Shown here piece by piece: positions 1 through 14,583 of a DNA stretch of 64,000 nucleotides. This DNA comes from the human T2T-CHM13v2.0 reference genome, Homo sapiens. The position numbers and the translations under genes were made by a program. The notes beneath the pieces are model-generated. The model was not told the DNA's origin. It did no database searches and saw only the letters and a list, made by a program, of their open reading frames with translations. Position 1 is the first letter of the stretch, and each line of letters starts with the position of its first letter. The stretch lies in the NCBI RefSeq assembly GCF_009914755.1, contig NC_060935.1; one strand, 5' to 3'.

Positions 1-1019
1 ATCTTTTGAAATTACTAAACACGTTTGTGAAATTCTTAGTTTCTAAATCGAGTGAGTGTAATATCTACTTTCTTTTGATCTTTAAGGGTTTTTTTTCTTG
101 TGAGTCTGCAGAAATGTTTCTCAGTCTCTTCAATTTAGTAATAACAATGTGGTATCTGACATCTTGCTATTAAATATTAATAATCGAGTACCAAACATAT
201 ACATTTTAGGATCCTTGAAACAAGTATGATAAAATTACGAAATAAATCTGCTAACCTAAATGAAGTATAATAAACATGGAAGATGCTATAAAGTGGTAAT
301 AATTTAATAGGAAATTATTAGAAATGTTGGCCAGTTACCTGAACTGCACAAATGAAACACATAAATTATTGCTTTGCATTATTTCCCACATGGTTTCAGA
401 AAGGCAACATGGCACAGCAGATCGAAATCTGAAGAGGAAAGTCTGGGAATTGGAAAGCCATTTTCATTGCTCCCTCCCCAAACTGGAAATGTACAAAAAG
501 GTTTTCTTATTTCCTGATCAAATAGTCTTATTCTCCATATATTATTATTTTAAATAAACAAAACAGTTATAAGACAAGAATATTATTGACTATGTGACTT
601 TTGGGAAAGACAGAAAAAAACAACTAGCTTCAAAATGCGTCAATTATTTGTAAATTGAAAGTATCAGACTAAAGAATTATGGTCGCTTCCAGTTGTAATA
701 TTTTTTGTCGCTGAAATATCATTTAAAAGTTACATTTCAAAATGTATGTATACAACTATAATATAGCCATTGGAAATATATATTTTAAATGTTCAGTTAT
801 TTTTTACAGTAATCTGTCATGCCTGTGTCATTGTTGACATGAAATTAATGTTAGAATCAATGCAAGATAATATGGATCAGGACTGAAACAGAAATAAGAA
901 TTCTAACCTCATAAAAGAGAAAATGAGAAGAGTGAAATTTCAAATTCCTTCAAATGGAAGGCATGAAAATTCTCATTAGCTCTGGGTACTAATATAGTGG
1001 GATAGAATTGAGGCTCAAC

Positions 1020-1330
<311 letters not shown>

Positions 1331-1559
1331 TCAGCTTGAGTTTTCTACTCAATAAATTCAAACTTAAGAAAAATAGCTAACTGGATGAGAATGCAGTGAC
1401 TATGTAGACAAAAGGAGGTTGGCAGCATCAAAGTGTTACATCATTAGAATCAGAAATCTTGAACACGTTTGATTTGGTAAGAAATCAAAAGCATATTTAG
1501 AAATTCACTTAGCACTTTTTATGGGCTTGAGACTTTCATATGTATTTTCTATGTCATTT

Positions 1560-1700
1560 ATTTCCTACAAGAAATTTGAGGTAGGTATCTGTCACTCCCA
1601 TTTTATAGATCAAGAAACCAATGCTCCAAGAAATAAAGTAACTTGCCCAAGGTCACATACATAATGAGCAGCAGAGCCAATATTTGAATGTAGCTTTGCA
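1560..1700 (-). mobile_element. MIR fragment
   Basis: cccattttatagat...aagtaacttgcccaaggtcaca MIR core. Confidence 0.7.
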
Positions 1701-2009
1701 GCAGTCACAGTTGGAGGAATACTTCTGGCACTTCGGATACAATGGAGTCATCTCCTCCTCTGTTGTTTAGGAAGCTCATTAAGGCCCTCTACAGCTGCAG
1801 CAAAAGTGTTGACCCCACACGGTCAAGGGAAACAAAATCCCAGAAGGCTAAGGTGTTGTACCATGAGGCTAAATGGAAATCCTCCAAAAATATCTGGCTA
1901 GCTGCCAACGACGAACACCCTCCAAGATCTTATTGTAAACTGACGTACGATAATCATATTAAGGATGATTTGATAAAACAGAAAGAGCAATGAAGTAGAA
2001 GTTCAAAGG

Positions 2010-2180
2010 GCTGTTCCTGCCTTGGCTCTGACACATTCACTGTGGAGCCCACTGGGCAAGGCATTTTAGCTTCACTGAGCCCAGTTTCTTATGTGTAAAG
2101 ACAGTAATATCTATCCTTCCTACCTTACAAGACTATTTTGGAGGACAAATTAAGCAAGCCATAGTATAAAACACTAAAGT
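2010..2180 (+). mobile_element. MIR fragment
   Basis: tgggcaag...ctgagcccagtttct...tgtaaa...cctacctta MIR-like core. Confidence 0.55.
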
Positions 2181-2717
2181 ACTACACAGCCAGGAGGTAA
2201 GATTATTTTATGAAGATATTATTACTGATGAAGGTAGAAGACTGAGTAGAAAATAAGTATTTATATCCTTCCATCTTGACATATTTCAATCATCCCTCCC
2301 TCCACCCCTTATTTCTTTTCATCTACAATAGTTACTCAGCATCTCTAGCAAGCATTGTGCTAGAGACTGGGAATATAATAGTATCAACAGGTACTGCCTA
2401 CATTCATAATTGAAGGAAATGTTCAATTTAAGCAGGAGTTTACTGAAAATAAAGATACAGTTCTTCCCCCCACCCAAGGACAAAGACCCTATAATTTCTG
2501 TTTGTGAACCCCAGTTTGAGATGTCCTGCTTTAGATCACTGAAGTTCACAATATTTTTGTTATCTGGGTACTTGGATATATGTAGCATAATAGTGGCATT
2601 CAGGGAAATTCTACACTGTCGAATGGGAGTGATAATAAGGGAAACTTTCTAAGTTGTGTACAACAGGCTACAGCTTGAGAAGATTTTTCCTCTTTTCCAA
2701 TTAGTTCTTTTGTGTGT

Positions 2718-2960
2718 GTGCAGTGGCACAATCTCAGCTCAATGCAACTGCAGCCTCCCAGGCTCAAGAGATCCTCCCACCTCAGCCTCCCCAGTAGCTG
2801 GGACCACAGCTGTGCACTACCACGCCTGGCTGATATTTTGGATTTTTTTGGTAGATGGGTTTTGCCATGTTGCCCAGACTGGTCTCAAACTTCTGAGTTC
2901 AGGCAGTCTACCAGCCTTGGCCTCCCAAAGTGCTGAGATTACAAGGCATGAATAACCAGC
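2718..2960 (-). mobile_element. AluJ, tail-truncated
   Basis: Diverged reverse Alu. Confidence 0.85.
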
Positions 2961-3155
2961 TATTCAGTTGGTTCTTGAAGAGGGAAAGACTTCAGGACTT
3001 GGAAGTGAATGTTGGTGGCAGAAATGTAAGAAACTAGTTGGGTGAGTTTTCAGAACTATACGGCACCTTTTTAACTGGAAGCCAGAAATCAAGAGGCCTG
3101 AAAGGAAACAAAGGGAATCCAAAGGAATGAAAGTAAGGTTGTCCAAAAAGTTCCA

Positions 3156-3343
3156 TTTTATTTATTTATTTAGAGAAAGGGTCTTGCTATGTTGCCCGGG
3201 CTGGAGTGCAGTGGCACCATCATAATGCACTGCAACCTTGAGCTCCTGGGCTCAACTGATCCTTCTGCCTCAGCCTCCCAAGTAGGTAATTTTTAAAATT
3301 TTTATTTTAAGTAGAGATGGAATCTTGCTATGTTGCCCAGGCT
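3156..3343 (-). mobile_element. AluJ, partial with internal deletion
   Basis: Reverse right arm plus linker. Confidence 0.8.
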
Positions 3344-3585
3344 GAGAAGTCTTTCTAAGACTAAAAAAGGTAAAAAAAGAAAAGTCACAGATCACAGGGG
3401 TAAACCATGCAGAATCATAAATGTAACTTTCCTTCTGTTAAGATATTTAATAGAAACTGTCTGTAAACTTTTTCGTTTGTTTAAATATATTTATGTATAT
3501 ATAATATATGTACATATAAAACATATACACAACTTTAAGTCATGTATCATTTGGATTTTAACTGAGAGTCTTTAACATACATTAG

Positions 3586-4053
3586 AGATTGACAAACTAG
3601 CTAATCCAGCTCAGTGCCTGTTTTTGTAAATCCTGTAAGCTAACAATGATTCTTATATTTTTAAAATGGGGATGGGCATGGTGGATTATGCCTGTAATCC
3701 CAGCATTTGGGGAGACTGAGGCAAGAGGATCCCTTGAGGCCAGGAATTTGAGGCTGCAGTAGCTATGACTGTACCACTGCACTGCATCCTGGGTGACAAA
3801 GACCTTGTCTCTTAAAAAAAAAAAAGGAGGAGGGGGGTTGGAGAAAAATCAAAATAATAATATTCTGTGACTTATGGAAAACTATATGAAATTGAAATTT
3901 CAGTGGCCATAAAAAGTTTTATTGTAACATAAACGGGTTTGTTATATGTCCATGGCTACAAAGCACAGCTGAATAAATGTGAGAGATGATATCACCTACA
4001 AAGCCTAAATTATTTACTATCTGGCCCTTTAAAGAAAAAGTTTGTGAAACCCT
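3586..4053 (+). mobile_element. MER58-like hAT-Charlie DNA transposon interrupted by an Alu monomer (3669-3825)
   Basis: gcctgtttttgtaaat...aaagttttattg...tatttactatctggccctttaaagaaaaagtttg MER58 hallmarks. Confidence 0.7.
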
Positions 4054-4329
4054 GATATACACACATGCGTTTCTGTCAATAGAGTCGGAATTATTTTACC
4101 TAAATGCATATCATGCATATGAAACCAGTTGTCTGAGTATTTAGGGTCTAACTGGTAGACACGTTATCAAAGCAATGCCCAAAGACAACTTCAGGAGTGG
4201 TGTTCTGAATCAAATGTAGAACACAAGCCACTGAGGTAGTTAAGGGAGAGGCAGATTCTTGCCTCAGCTCAAATTTCTCCAGTGGCTCTCTTTTATCTAG
4301 TTATAAAGTCATTTGCTTGGCATTCAAGG

Positions 4330-4730
4330 CGCTTGAAGACCAGAGGCTACAATCAACCAGGCTTTTCCGCTCAGTATCATTAAATTACAGTACTTATTTT
4401 CCCGAACACCACGGTCTCCTACGCCTCTGTGCTTCTGCACATGCCATGGCGTCCTTCTATATGCCTGCCCAGCAAACCTTCTCATCCTTCAAGTCTCTGC
4501 TCCTGAAATCTTCCTGGATTTCTCCAGTCTCTGGCAGTGCTTCAATGTTGCCACTGCACTCTGTACATACCTTCAATTATCTTGTACAGTGATCAGTTAT
4601 TTGCATGTCTTTGACCAACAGACTGTAAGTTCCTTGATGGTCAGGCATTGTCTTTTCATCCTTAGATTCCCAGCAGAATTACCAAACACAGAAGTAGACA
4701 TCAAAGAAGTATTTCTTGAATGAATGAAAT
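4330..4730 (+). mobile_element. L2 3'-end remnant
   Basis: agactgtaagttccttga...gtcttttcatc...ttgaatgaatgaa L2 terminus. Confidence 0.6.
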
Positions 4731-5660
4731 TTTAAAAATCATTAAATCTAAAAGTGAATTATGTTTGGTTCCTAAATTCTCTGCTTTGCCCAGCTGTCAA
4801 GACCCCCTTACCCCTTTCCCAAGTTGGGACACACTTCTGGCAGCTATGTTCCCAGCTGGACTAGCAGGGGCAGAGGCACTGGTTTATTCTAATTGTCTCT
4901 TCGCTGATACAACAAGGTGCTAGTTGGCCAGAGCCCCAAATTATACATTAGCAAATCCTGACTGACAACAGCGTGAAACCAGCAGGACAAGTTTTAAGAA
5001 GTTGCAAAGGTTAAGACGTGAAGGACAACGTGGGAGGAGGACCGGGCAGAAAGGGATTCAGGACGAGATCCATCTCACCCTCCGTGGAGGGAAAACCGAA
5101 TGATTTCTACTGAGTTTCCCTAGTTCCTGTAATCTGCTTTCAAAAACTCAGAACTAAAAAGGAAACAAAAAACTAACACGTAAACCCCTCCTCCTTCCTA
5201 CGGCTCTGACATTTCCTCTGCGTAGGATTTCGTTGCTCCAAACCCACCAGGCCTAAGCCATGTAATCCGACGCGATCCGTCGGCTTGATGACTCACCACT
5301 GGAAAGCGCTCCCTGCAATCCCTCACAGTTCAGACAACTAAGTCCGAGATGGAAGGCAACGTGTGACTCACGGCACACTCCTTGTAACGCCCGGGCGCCG
5401 TCCATTCGCAACATCAGTCCCTGCACATTAAATGCGGAAGGGCCCTTCAAGTTCATTCATTCATTCATTCCACAAACTTTCGTGGTGATTTTTGCCCGCT
5501 TTGAGTATGGGCGGGAGGAGGGAAGAGGAGCTGACCAGACCCAAAAAGGGGCGACACACGCCGGGGAGGGACGCCACGCAGGCCGCGGGCGGACTCCCGG
5601 GCGGCGGGGACGCGCGGGGACCCGGCCGCGGGACGAGGGAGGCCGGCGGCTGGACACTAC

Positions 5661-5862
5661 CTGCGGGAGAGCGAGTGAGGTTCTGGCCCTCCGAGTTGAC
5701 CGCCTGCAGGTAGAAATAGCGGACCGGCAGGACGACGGCCGCCTGCAGCCCGGGCCCCCACACCAGGCTCCGCGGCGCGCTGACCAGCACCTCCGGGGCC
5801 CCCGCGGCCACCAGCAGGGCGAGGCGCAGCTGCAGCAGCAGGGCCCGCGGGAGGCGGCGCAT
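5661..5862 (-). CDS. POGLUT3: POGLUT3 (KDELC2, protein O-glucosyltransferase 3) coding exon 1: signal peptide and start of filamin-like domain; 202 nt, phase-1 donor
   Basis: ATG at 5862 in ccgACCATGC context. It translates MRRLPRALLLQLRLALLVAAGAPEVLVSAPRSLVWGPGLQAAVVLPVRYFYLQAVNSEGQNLTRSPA, with a hydrophobic signal peptide and the WGPGL...LPVRYFYLQAV motif of KDELC/POGLUT2-3. Donor GCAG|GTAGTG at 5661/5660. Confidence 0.95.
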
Positions 5863-6187
5863 GGTCGGCGGGGCACAACTGCGGTCCAGCTCCGCGGCGG
5901 CGAGGAGGGGCCGGCAGCGCCGCGGACCGGGCGGGGACTGGGGCCCACCGCGGGGCGGGTCTTTCGGGCGGGAAAGATTGCGGCGCAGGCTCCCTTTCCC
6001 GCCCGCTGTCCCGCCTCGTCTCCCTCGGGCGGGAACGCGAGCCAGTGCCGCAATCACCCACTGCGCGCCCTGTAGGGGTCGACGATGGGTGCGCCCCTTC
6101 CTCCCCGCAGCCCCATAGGCCCCGTGGAGGAAAGGGGTGGAGAGGCCCGCCCAGAGACCGAGGCTGCGAGTGTGCGCTGGCTGTTGA

Positions 6188-6701
<514 letters not shown>

Positions 6702-8122
6702 TAGGGAAATATCTTTTCCCAAGGAATGTCTCCGAGTTTACAAGATGAGCGCCAAGGTCACGCCCCCCGCCCTCCCTCACAGCCCTCTGTTCACAGCAGC
6801 ACCGTTCTCTTGTGGCCGGTTTTGTTGCTTTTCTGCTTAGCAGCCTCCCTCACAGAACCGTGATCCCCCCACCCCACACATCCCTTTCCCCGCTTCCTCC
6901 CGCACTCCTCTTCTTCCAGCAGGTGTTTACAGAACATCCACGGAGTTTGGGCCAAGCCCAGAGTGAGGAGCTGGGCACTGGGGTGGCAGAAGACCAGGCC
7001 TTGCCTTGAGCCCTTGTGCGAGCTTTACCTCAAAGCCTCTGTAATCGAAGTGGGAGAAGGGGTGGTGGTGCGTGGTTGGTCTCAGCCACCTCCACCACTC
7101 CTCAGAAGATGAACGCTGGATCCAGGAAGAGATTGTCAAGGTTACTATCTGCCTCTCTTTTTTGATCATTTTATCCAATTTGTTAATGGATACAAATTTG
7201 TTAATGGATTGTTAATAGATCTGAATTTATTTAAAGCCAATAAAGATTCTCCTCTGGCTGAATGATCCAGAAGGAACTCACACCCCAGAATGGACACAGG
7301 ATTTCTGCACCCTCTTGGGGGAACTTAATGCCCAAAACATCAGAGCCAGGCACTGGACAAGCCTTTGTCCGCCTCACGGCTTTAACCGTGCTACTCAGCA
7401 TTCTTGCTGTGACCAAGTTTTACCAGGGCAAAATCTTTCCCACATTTTCACACTTCTCTTGACCTATTTTAGTAATGCTAAGCAGTGGTTATGGACAGTA
7501 TTCTTTGTACTTTGGAAAGGTTTCAGGAACTGGTAGTCAGTTGCCGGTAAATTTTAGGGCTAAAGTGTAACATTACTTGGTATTACTTTCACTGATAAAT
7601 TTTATTTTGTGGGGATGTCTCCTTGCTTTAAATAGAAAGCTTTGCTCTGTTCCAACTATCGCTTAAAAAAATTGTATGGAACACATTTTGCTCACACTCT
7701 TTCAAAATCTGACTTAAAACAATTTCCAGAGAAATAATCTGAGGTTTAGCCGGTACTGGATTATAGTAAAACATGGCCTAATAAATTACATAACATTTGG
7801 GTTAACACCCAGTATTTTTTTTTTTTTTGAGAACACGTCAGGGAAGCCATATAATTGTACCTGAACACACTAGCGTTTAGCAATACTAAGCCTGCACCAA
7901 CCTGTTTTCTTTCTCATCTTAACCTGTCTCCAAAGAGTATATCTCTTCAGAGCAACCAGTGCTTTGACCAGACTCTTTATCATTAATCAAATTTCATTCA
8001 TTCAACACATATTTATTAAATGCCCACCATATTTTAGATATTGTATTTTGACTTCAAAGTGCCTGTAGTTTAGTGGAGAAGAAAGACTAAGAGGCAATGT
8101 AAATAGCGTATAGGTGTTAAAA

Positions 8123-8584
8123 TATGGGCCTCAAGAACTGCATGGTCTAGGATTTTATCCCACTTACAAACTAACAAGTTGGCCTGTTACTGTTTCATGG
8201 ATGCTGTCAAAAGATACAACACTCCTGTATCAAAGAACTTTATTATTCACTGCAAAAGCAGTAGCCAGAGCTTTATGTTGGTTTGCTTTTTGTTCCTAAG
8301 CCTCCCAAGCCCTGTGGGGACAGTGCACACAGACTATGATGGATGCCTGAAGTGGGTTGCATTACAAGAGAGGAGCACTGAGCTAAAGGAATTTGCCTCT
8401 TTTAGGCTACACAGAATTAAGCCTGCTCTTTGAAGGTGGGGAGATGTTATCTCATCCCTCAAACGTTGCTTGCTACAAACACCGCCCAGAGAAATGGACT
8501 GATAAAGAGCTGGACATTGGAGTGGCAGAACAGCAAGAATGATCAGAGAAGTTCAAGGGCCATGGCAGAGAGCCTTTTCCAACA
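8123..8584 (-). mobile_element. Old ERVL-class LTR (MER54/MER74/LTR53-like)
   Basis: gattttatcccacttacaaactaacaagttggcctg...tttcatggatgctg...actttatta resembles this LTR group in reverse; subfamily uncertain. Confidence 0.5.
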
Positions 8585-9383
8585 TAGTACAGTGTACTTA
8601 TACACTACATATGAAGGCCAGCTAATCTAGTCTTGGGAGAACCAAGAGAGGCTTCTGAAAGAGATGACATCTATGCCGAACCTTGAAGGTCAAACAGGAA
8701 TCAGCCACATAAAGAGAAGGAGGAGAGCATTCTGGATAGCAGGAACATCATGTATAAAACTTTGAAGTAAACGATACACTCCGAGAAGTTTTTCATTCCC
8801 TTTCACATTCATCTCCATATTGAACTCCAATCTCAAACACCTATAATTAAAGTCAGTGTGTGACTCTGGAAGGTCTAGATTCAATACACTTCTGTGAATT
8901 GCAGTGGCCTCTGGAATCTTTACATTAATGTCACATAAAATTCACAGCTAATTATTGTCGACTCAGTTCATAACATTTCCACCTTTTCGGTAACTCTTCT
9001 TTTTTTACTCCACAGTCCGCCTGGTTAACAGTGAGGCTTTGTAACAGCATAACTTTAACTATGGCTACAGTTTATTGGCTCCTATTTTGGAAACTGACTC
9101 ATGCTGAACTAATCCCCTTTCCCTGGGAGTTTAAAATCAAGGTTAGGAGATTTTTAACGTACCGACTGCTCTCCAACAGCAGCATTATAACCTTTGCTAT
9201 TTTTTTCCCTTGTATTCTGAAAATAGAAGAGAAATACAGAAAACTCTCTGGGTTATGTATAGTGCACTAGAGTCTGGTACAGTTCATGAGCAGCGTCTCT
9301 ATCTCTGGTTTCTGAGACATCCTTGCATCCTTATAATAAATTCCTCTTTAACTTTAGAAATTGTGTAATTTTCTTTCTTTAAT

Positions 9384-9600
9384 TTTTATTTATTCATTTA
9401 TTTTATTTTATTTTGATGGACTCTCGCTCTGTCAGCCAGGCTGGAGTGGCACCCAGCCACTCTCGATCTGTCACCCATATCTACAATGGCGAGATCTTGG
9501 CTCATTGAACCTCTGTCTCCCAGGTTCAAGCGATTCTCCTGCCTCAGCCTCCTGCCGAGCCTGCAGGTGCACCCCACCACACCTGGCTAATTTTTGTAGA
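9384..9600 (-). mobile_element. AluS right arm with internal rearrangement
   Basis: Reverse Alu right monomer carrying about 35 extra nt. Confidence 0.8.
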
Positions 9601-10094
9601 AATTGTCTAATTTTCCATGTCACCAATGAATAAAAAAACGTACATAGGGTTAGACAAGATTAGATCCTATAAAATGCACAAAACTTTATTTTAATAATTT
9701 CAATAATATTTATTCAACCCACCCTTTATATCATGACTTTATGGCATGCATTATGCAAGGTATTGGGTATATAAACTCAGTCCCTGCCCTTCCATGTATT
9801 ACAGTCTATAGGGTACATTTTAGACTGTGAGACTATTGGTTTAAATATTAACTTCCATCCAGAACCAATTTCCTCCAAAACATTCCACCTTGAAACAATC
9901 AATTGTGCCCAGATTCTTAGGGTTGTATAAGAACATTGATTCTTCCACAGTCAACATATGGCCTGAAGGGAGGGGATGTCAGTTTCCAGAGCAAAGAAAA
10001 AGGGTCTGCTGGGCAATCATATCAGTACCTACTACATCTCTTCAAAACATTTCTAGAATGGAATTGTAGTTTCCAGACTGGAAAGATGACATAA

Positions 10095-10493
<399 letters not shown>

Positions 10494-10739
10494 AAATCAT
10501 CAATTTTTTAAGAAAGAAAAGTAATTTATTAAATATTCTCCTGTACAGAAATCCTTTAAAAACGTATATTTAGTTTTTAATCTGTACACCCCCGATAAAT
10601 AGTTGCACTTAAGTACATGAATAATAATAATTATTCTCATTTATTTATATTTTTCTATATATATGTATATGTGTGTATATTTACAGTTTCTTCTTTGGAG
10701 GAAAGAAACTTCTCTCTCTTTTCTCCTGTTCTTGAACAT

Positions 10740-11120
10740 CCTCTCCCCCAACACCTGTCTACAAAACAACCAACATTAATAACCAATGTGTCCCTCCATG
10801 TGTACACATGCATATGCAGGTTTCTTGGTGAATGCTTTACAAAAATGGAATTTTACATTTCTCCCTCAACAGTACCTCATGGAAATTCTTCTACGTCAAC
10901 TTAGTGACATTGAAAATTAGACAATTTCTAAAGCAAAAGAGGAATTTTCAATGGCTTTTCAATATTACATATGTAAATGTTCTATAATATATTCAGTCAT
11001 TTCTTAATCAGGTATTAACTTTGTTTCCAGGTTTTGCCACAACAAACATTGTAGCAATAAAAATCCTACATGCAAGTCTATACATACTAGTGTTTTTATT
11101 TCTATAGGAGCAATTTCTGG
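10740..11120 (-). mobile_element. Old L1M 3'-end remnant
   Basis: ttgtttccaggttttgccacaacaaacattgtagcaataaaaatcc resembles a reverse L1ME/MC 3' region. Confidence 0.5.
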
Positions 11121-11124
11121 ACCA

Positions 11125-11755
11125 AATGAAGGTAGTGATTCAGGATATCGGCCCACTTGATGTCTTGATTCAGCATCTTCCTGGTCATAACAGAGACAGC
11201 AGCCCCCTTGGCAGGTCCAATTCTGTGGCATGGTTTTTAGAATTGGTCCTGGAATTTCAGCTCAAAATCTATCTCCTTATCCCTATTAATGAGTTTGTGA
11301 GCAAAATTTACAATTTAATGGATCTTTTCCTTCTTTCTTTCCTTCCTTTCTCTCTCTCTCTTTCTTTTTCGTCCTTCTTCTTTCTTTTTTTTTTTTTTTT
11401 TGAGATGGAGTCTCACTTTGTCATCCAGGCTGAAGTGTGGTGGCATGATCTCCACTCACTGCAGCCTCTGCCTCCTGGTTTCAAGCGATTCTCCTGCCTC
11501 AATTTCCCCAGTAGCTGGGATTACAGGTACCCACTACCACAGCTGGTTAATTTTTGTATTTTTAGTAGAGATGGGGTTTTGCCATGTTGGCCAGTCTGGT
11601 CTTGAACTCCTGACCTCAAGTGATCTGCCTGCCTTGGCCAAAGTGCTGGGATTACAGGCATGAGCCACTGCACCCAGCCTCCAACAGATCTTTTTCTATT
11701 TGAACCAGCTAGAGAGGATTCTATTGTCTATCACTAAAAATCCTAGCTGATCCAC
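11125..11755 (-). mobile_element. AluS (11325-11678) nested in an old MLT1-type MaLR LTR remnant
   Basis: Reverse Alu with T/C-rich tail; flanks resemble MLT1 (ccagctagagaggattctattgtctatcactaaaaatcctagctga). Confidence 0.75.
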
Positions 11756-11937
11756 TGTATTTTAAATTTTAATAAAGGACAGTAAAACTATTTTGAATAA
11801 AATGCTGTTGACATTCTCCTGTCCTTGATAGAAAAAGGGCTTTGGGTTGCTTTTCCAGAAAAGGTAAAAGATTAGTACAAATCTATTAATTAATTTGCTT
11901 GGGGGAAATTAACATTGCATGACTTATATTCAACTAG

Positions 11938-12292
<355 letters not shown>

Positions 12293-12571
12293 CCCTCTTC
12301 CTTTATAAATGTGTGAATCTCCAGAAAGAAATGTCAGACCTTCTTCATTCCTCTCCTATTATGCAACAAAGCACATTGATTTCCTGATGTTGGTTCGTTG
12401 CTTTTTGGGTACAAATAAGAAAGAAGCAAGCCACTGTTTTTTTAAAAACCACCTATATGGCAGATCTCATTCAACAGCCATAAGAGAGACTGGTTTGAAA
12501 ACTTATGCCTCCCCTGAGCCCCCTACATTTTATATTTTTCCTGAAACTTTCACACTTAAAAATAATCATTT

Positions 12572-12935
<364 letters not shown>

Positions 12936-12938
12936 TCA

Positions 12939-12944
12939 TTTATT
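12939..12944 (-). terminator. EXPH5: EXPH5 distal polyadenylation signal AATAAA (cleavage near 12920-12927)
   Basis: tttatt on + strand. On the - strand it is followed by GU/U-rich TGCACTATTTGATTTGGTTTTTATT, with TGTA elements upstream. It ends a long unique AT-rich tract. Confidence 0.75.
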
Positions 12945-14183
12945 TCAATACAGGCATTGTTTTAAATTTGCACCTTGTCTTTAACACATTTCATAACCAG
13001 AGAACAGGTCTGAGAACAAGTACATAAAAGGATTATTTGACAAAGTTTTAACAAAAGTGCTTACAGCTTATTTGTTTCAGATATACAGAACTGCCAGTCA
13101 CAAAGAGCCACTAAGTGGCAATACAGCCACAAACTTGCCTGGGAAGTAAAATATTTTACATATTTACACTGTACATTTAAATGGGATATTCTGAAGCATT
13201 ATTATTATCAATAAACTCTAAGCAAGAAGTTCTCTTAAACCCTCTGGCACTTAACAAAGAATATTAATTTTATGGGGCTATGAGTTTTACAGTTTGATTC
13301 CCATCTTTGCCATAACCTAAATGGATTTTTACCCCCTCCAGTACACATATTTACCTCCTACACAAAGTAGCTGTTATTAGCTTATCACCAACCAAACCTT
13401 TGTTAGTAGCAGTTGGAATTTTGTTGGCATCAATGTATTTACAATGTAGGAGTAAATTATTTAGAGGGGAGTCTCTAAAAATTAAAATAACTTCATTAAA
13501 CCCTATTTTAAACAGACTTTACAGTATAAAATTTATGGTTATAGAAATCTAGTATCTAAACAAGTTTATAATTTATAAGGTATTTATTACGATTGATTCC
13601 CCTATGATTTACTCCATTTACATGAATGTTTATTTTAATAATGACTATATCTTTCAGAAAACAAGTTATGAATATAAAAATGACTATTATAAGTTACCAT
13701 AGCTATACCAAAAATGAACATTAAAATGCAGCGACTTGTATGTTAAAATACATAGAAATTTGCTATACTTCTTTAACAAGTGCTTTATAAAAGTATAAAA
13801 TTATAAAAGGTGCTATTTTCATGAATTTTGTGTTTTCCTGATACTTCAGCCAGACCAACATGCAAACGTTACAAATAGAGCAACTGAACACTGGCCATCA
13901 ATTACCTTTGAATTTAAACAGTACATTCCAGCGCAGTCTGGGCCCCAAAGCAGTTTCACCCTTACCTAACTTACCTAACTCTTAATATAGCCTAAACTCA
14001 CTGAAAAATAAGCTAACTTCATTTCACCTTTTGTAGCATACACGTAGACTCAGAGTATATACTGAAATATAATTTGAAAGCTGATCATTAAAAAAATCAA
14101 GAACCTCAATATTAAAATATTAACTCTGAGTATCTTAAAATTGCATAGAAAATGTAGGTCATGGTTTATTAAAGTTTTACTTA

Positions 14184-14583
<400 letters not shown>

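Noticed and set aside
5461-5660. POGLUT3 frame continuing into intron 1 to a stop at 5461 (133-aa product if retained)
   Set aside because: A clear donor at 5661/5660 and low-complexity Pro-rich translation; no evidence for a nearby intronic poly(A) site.
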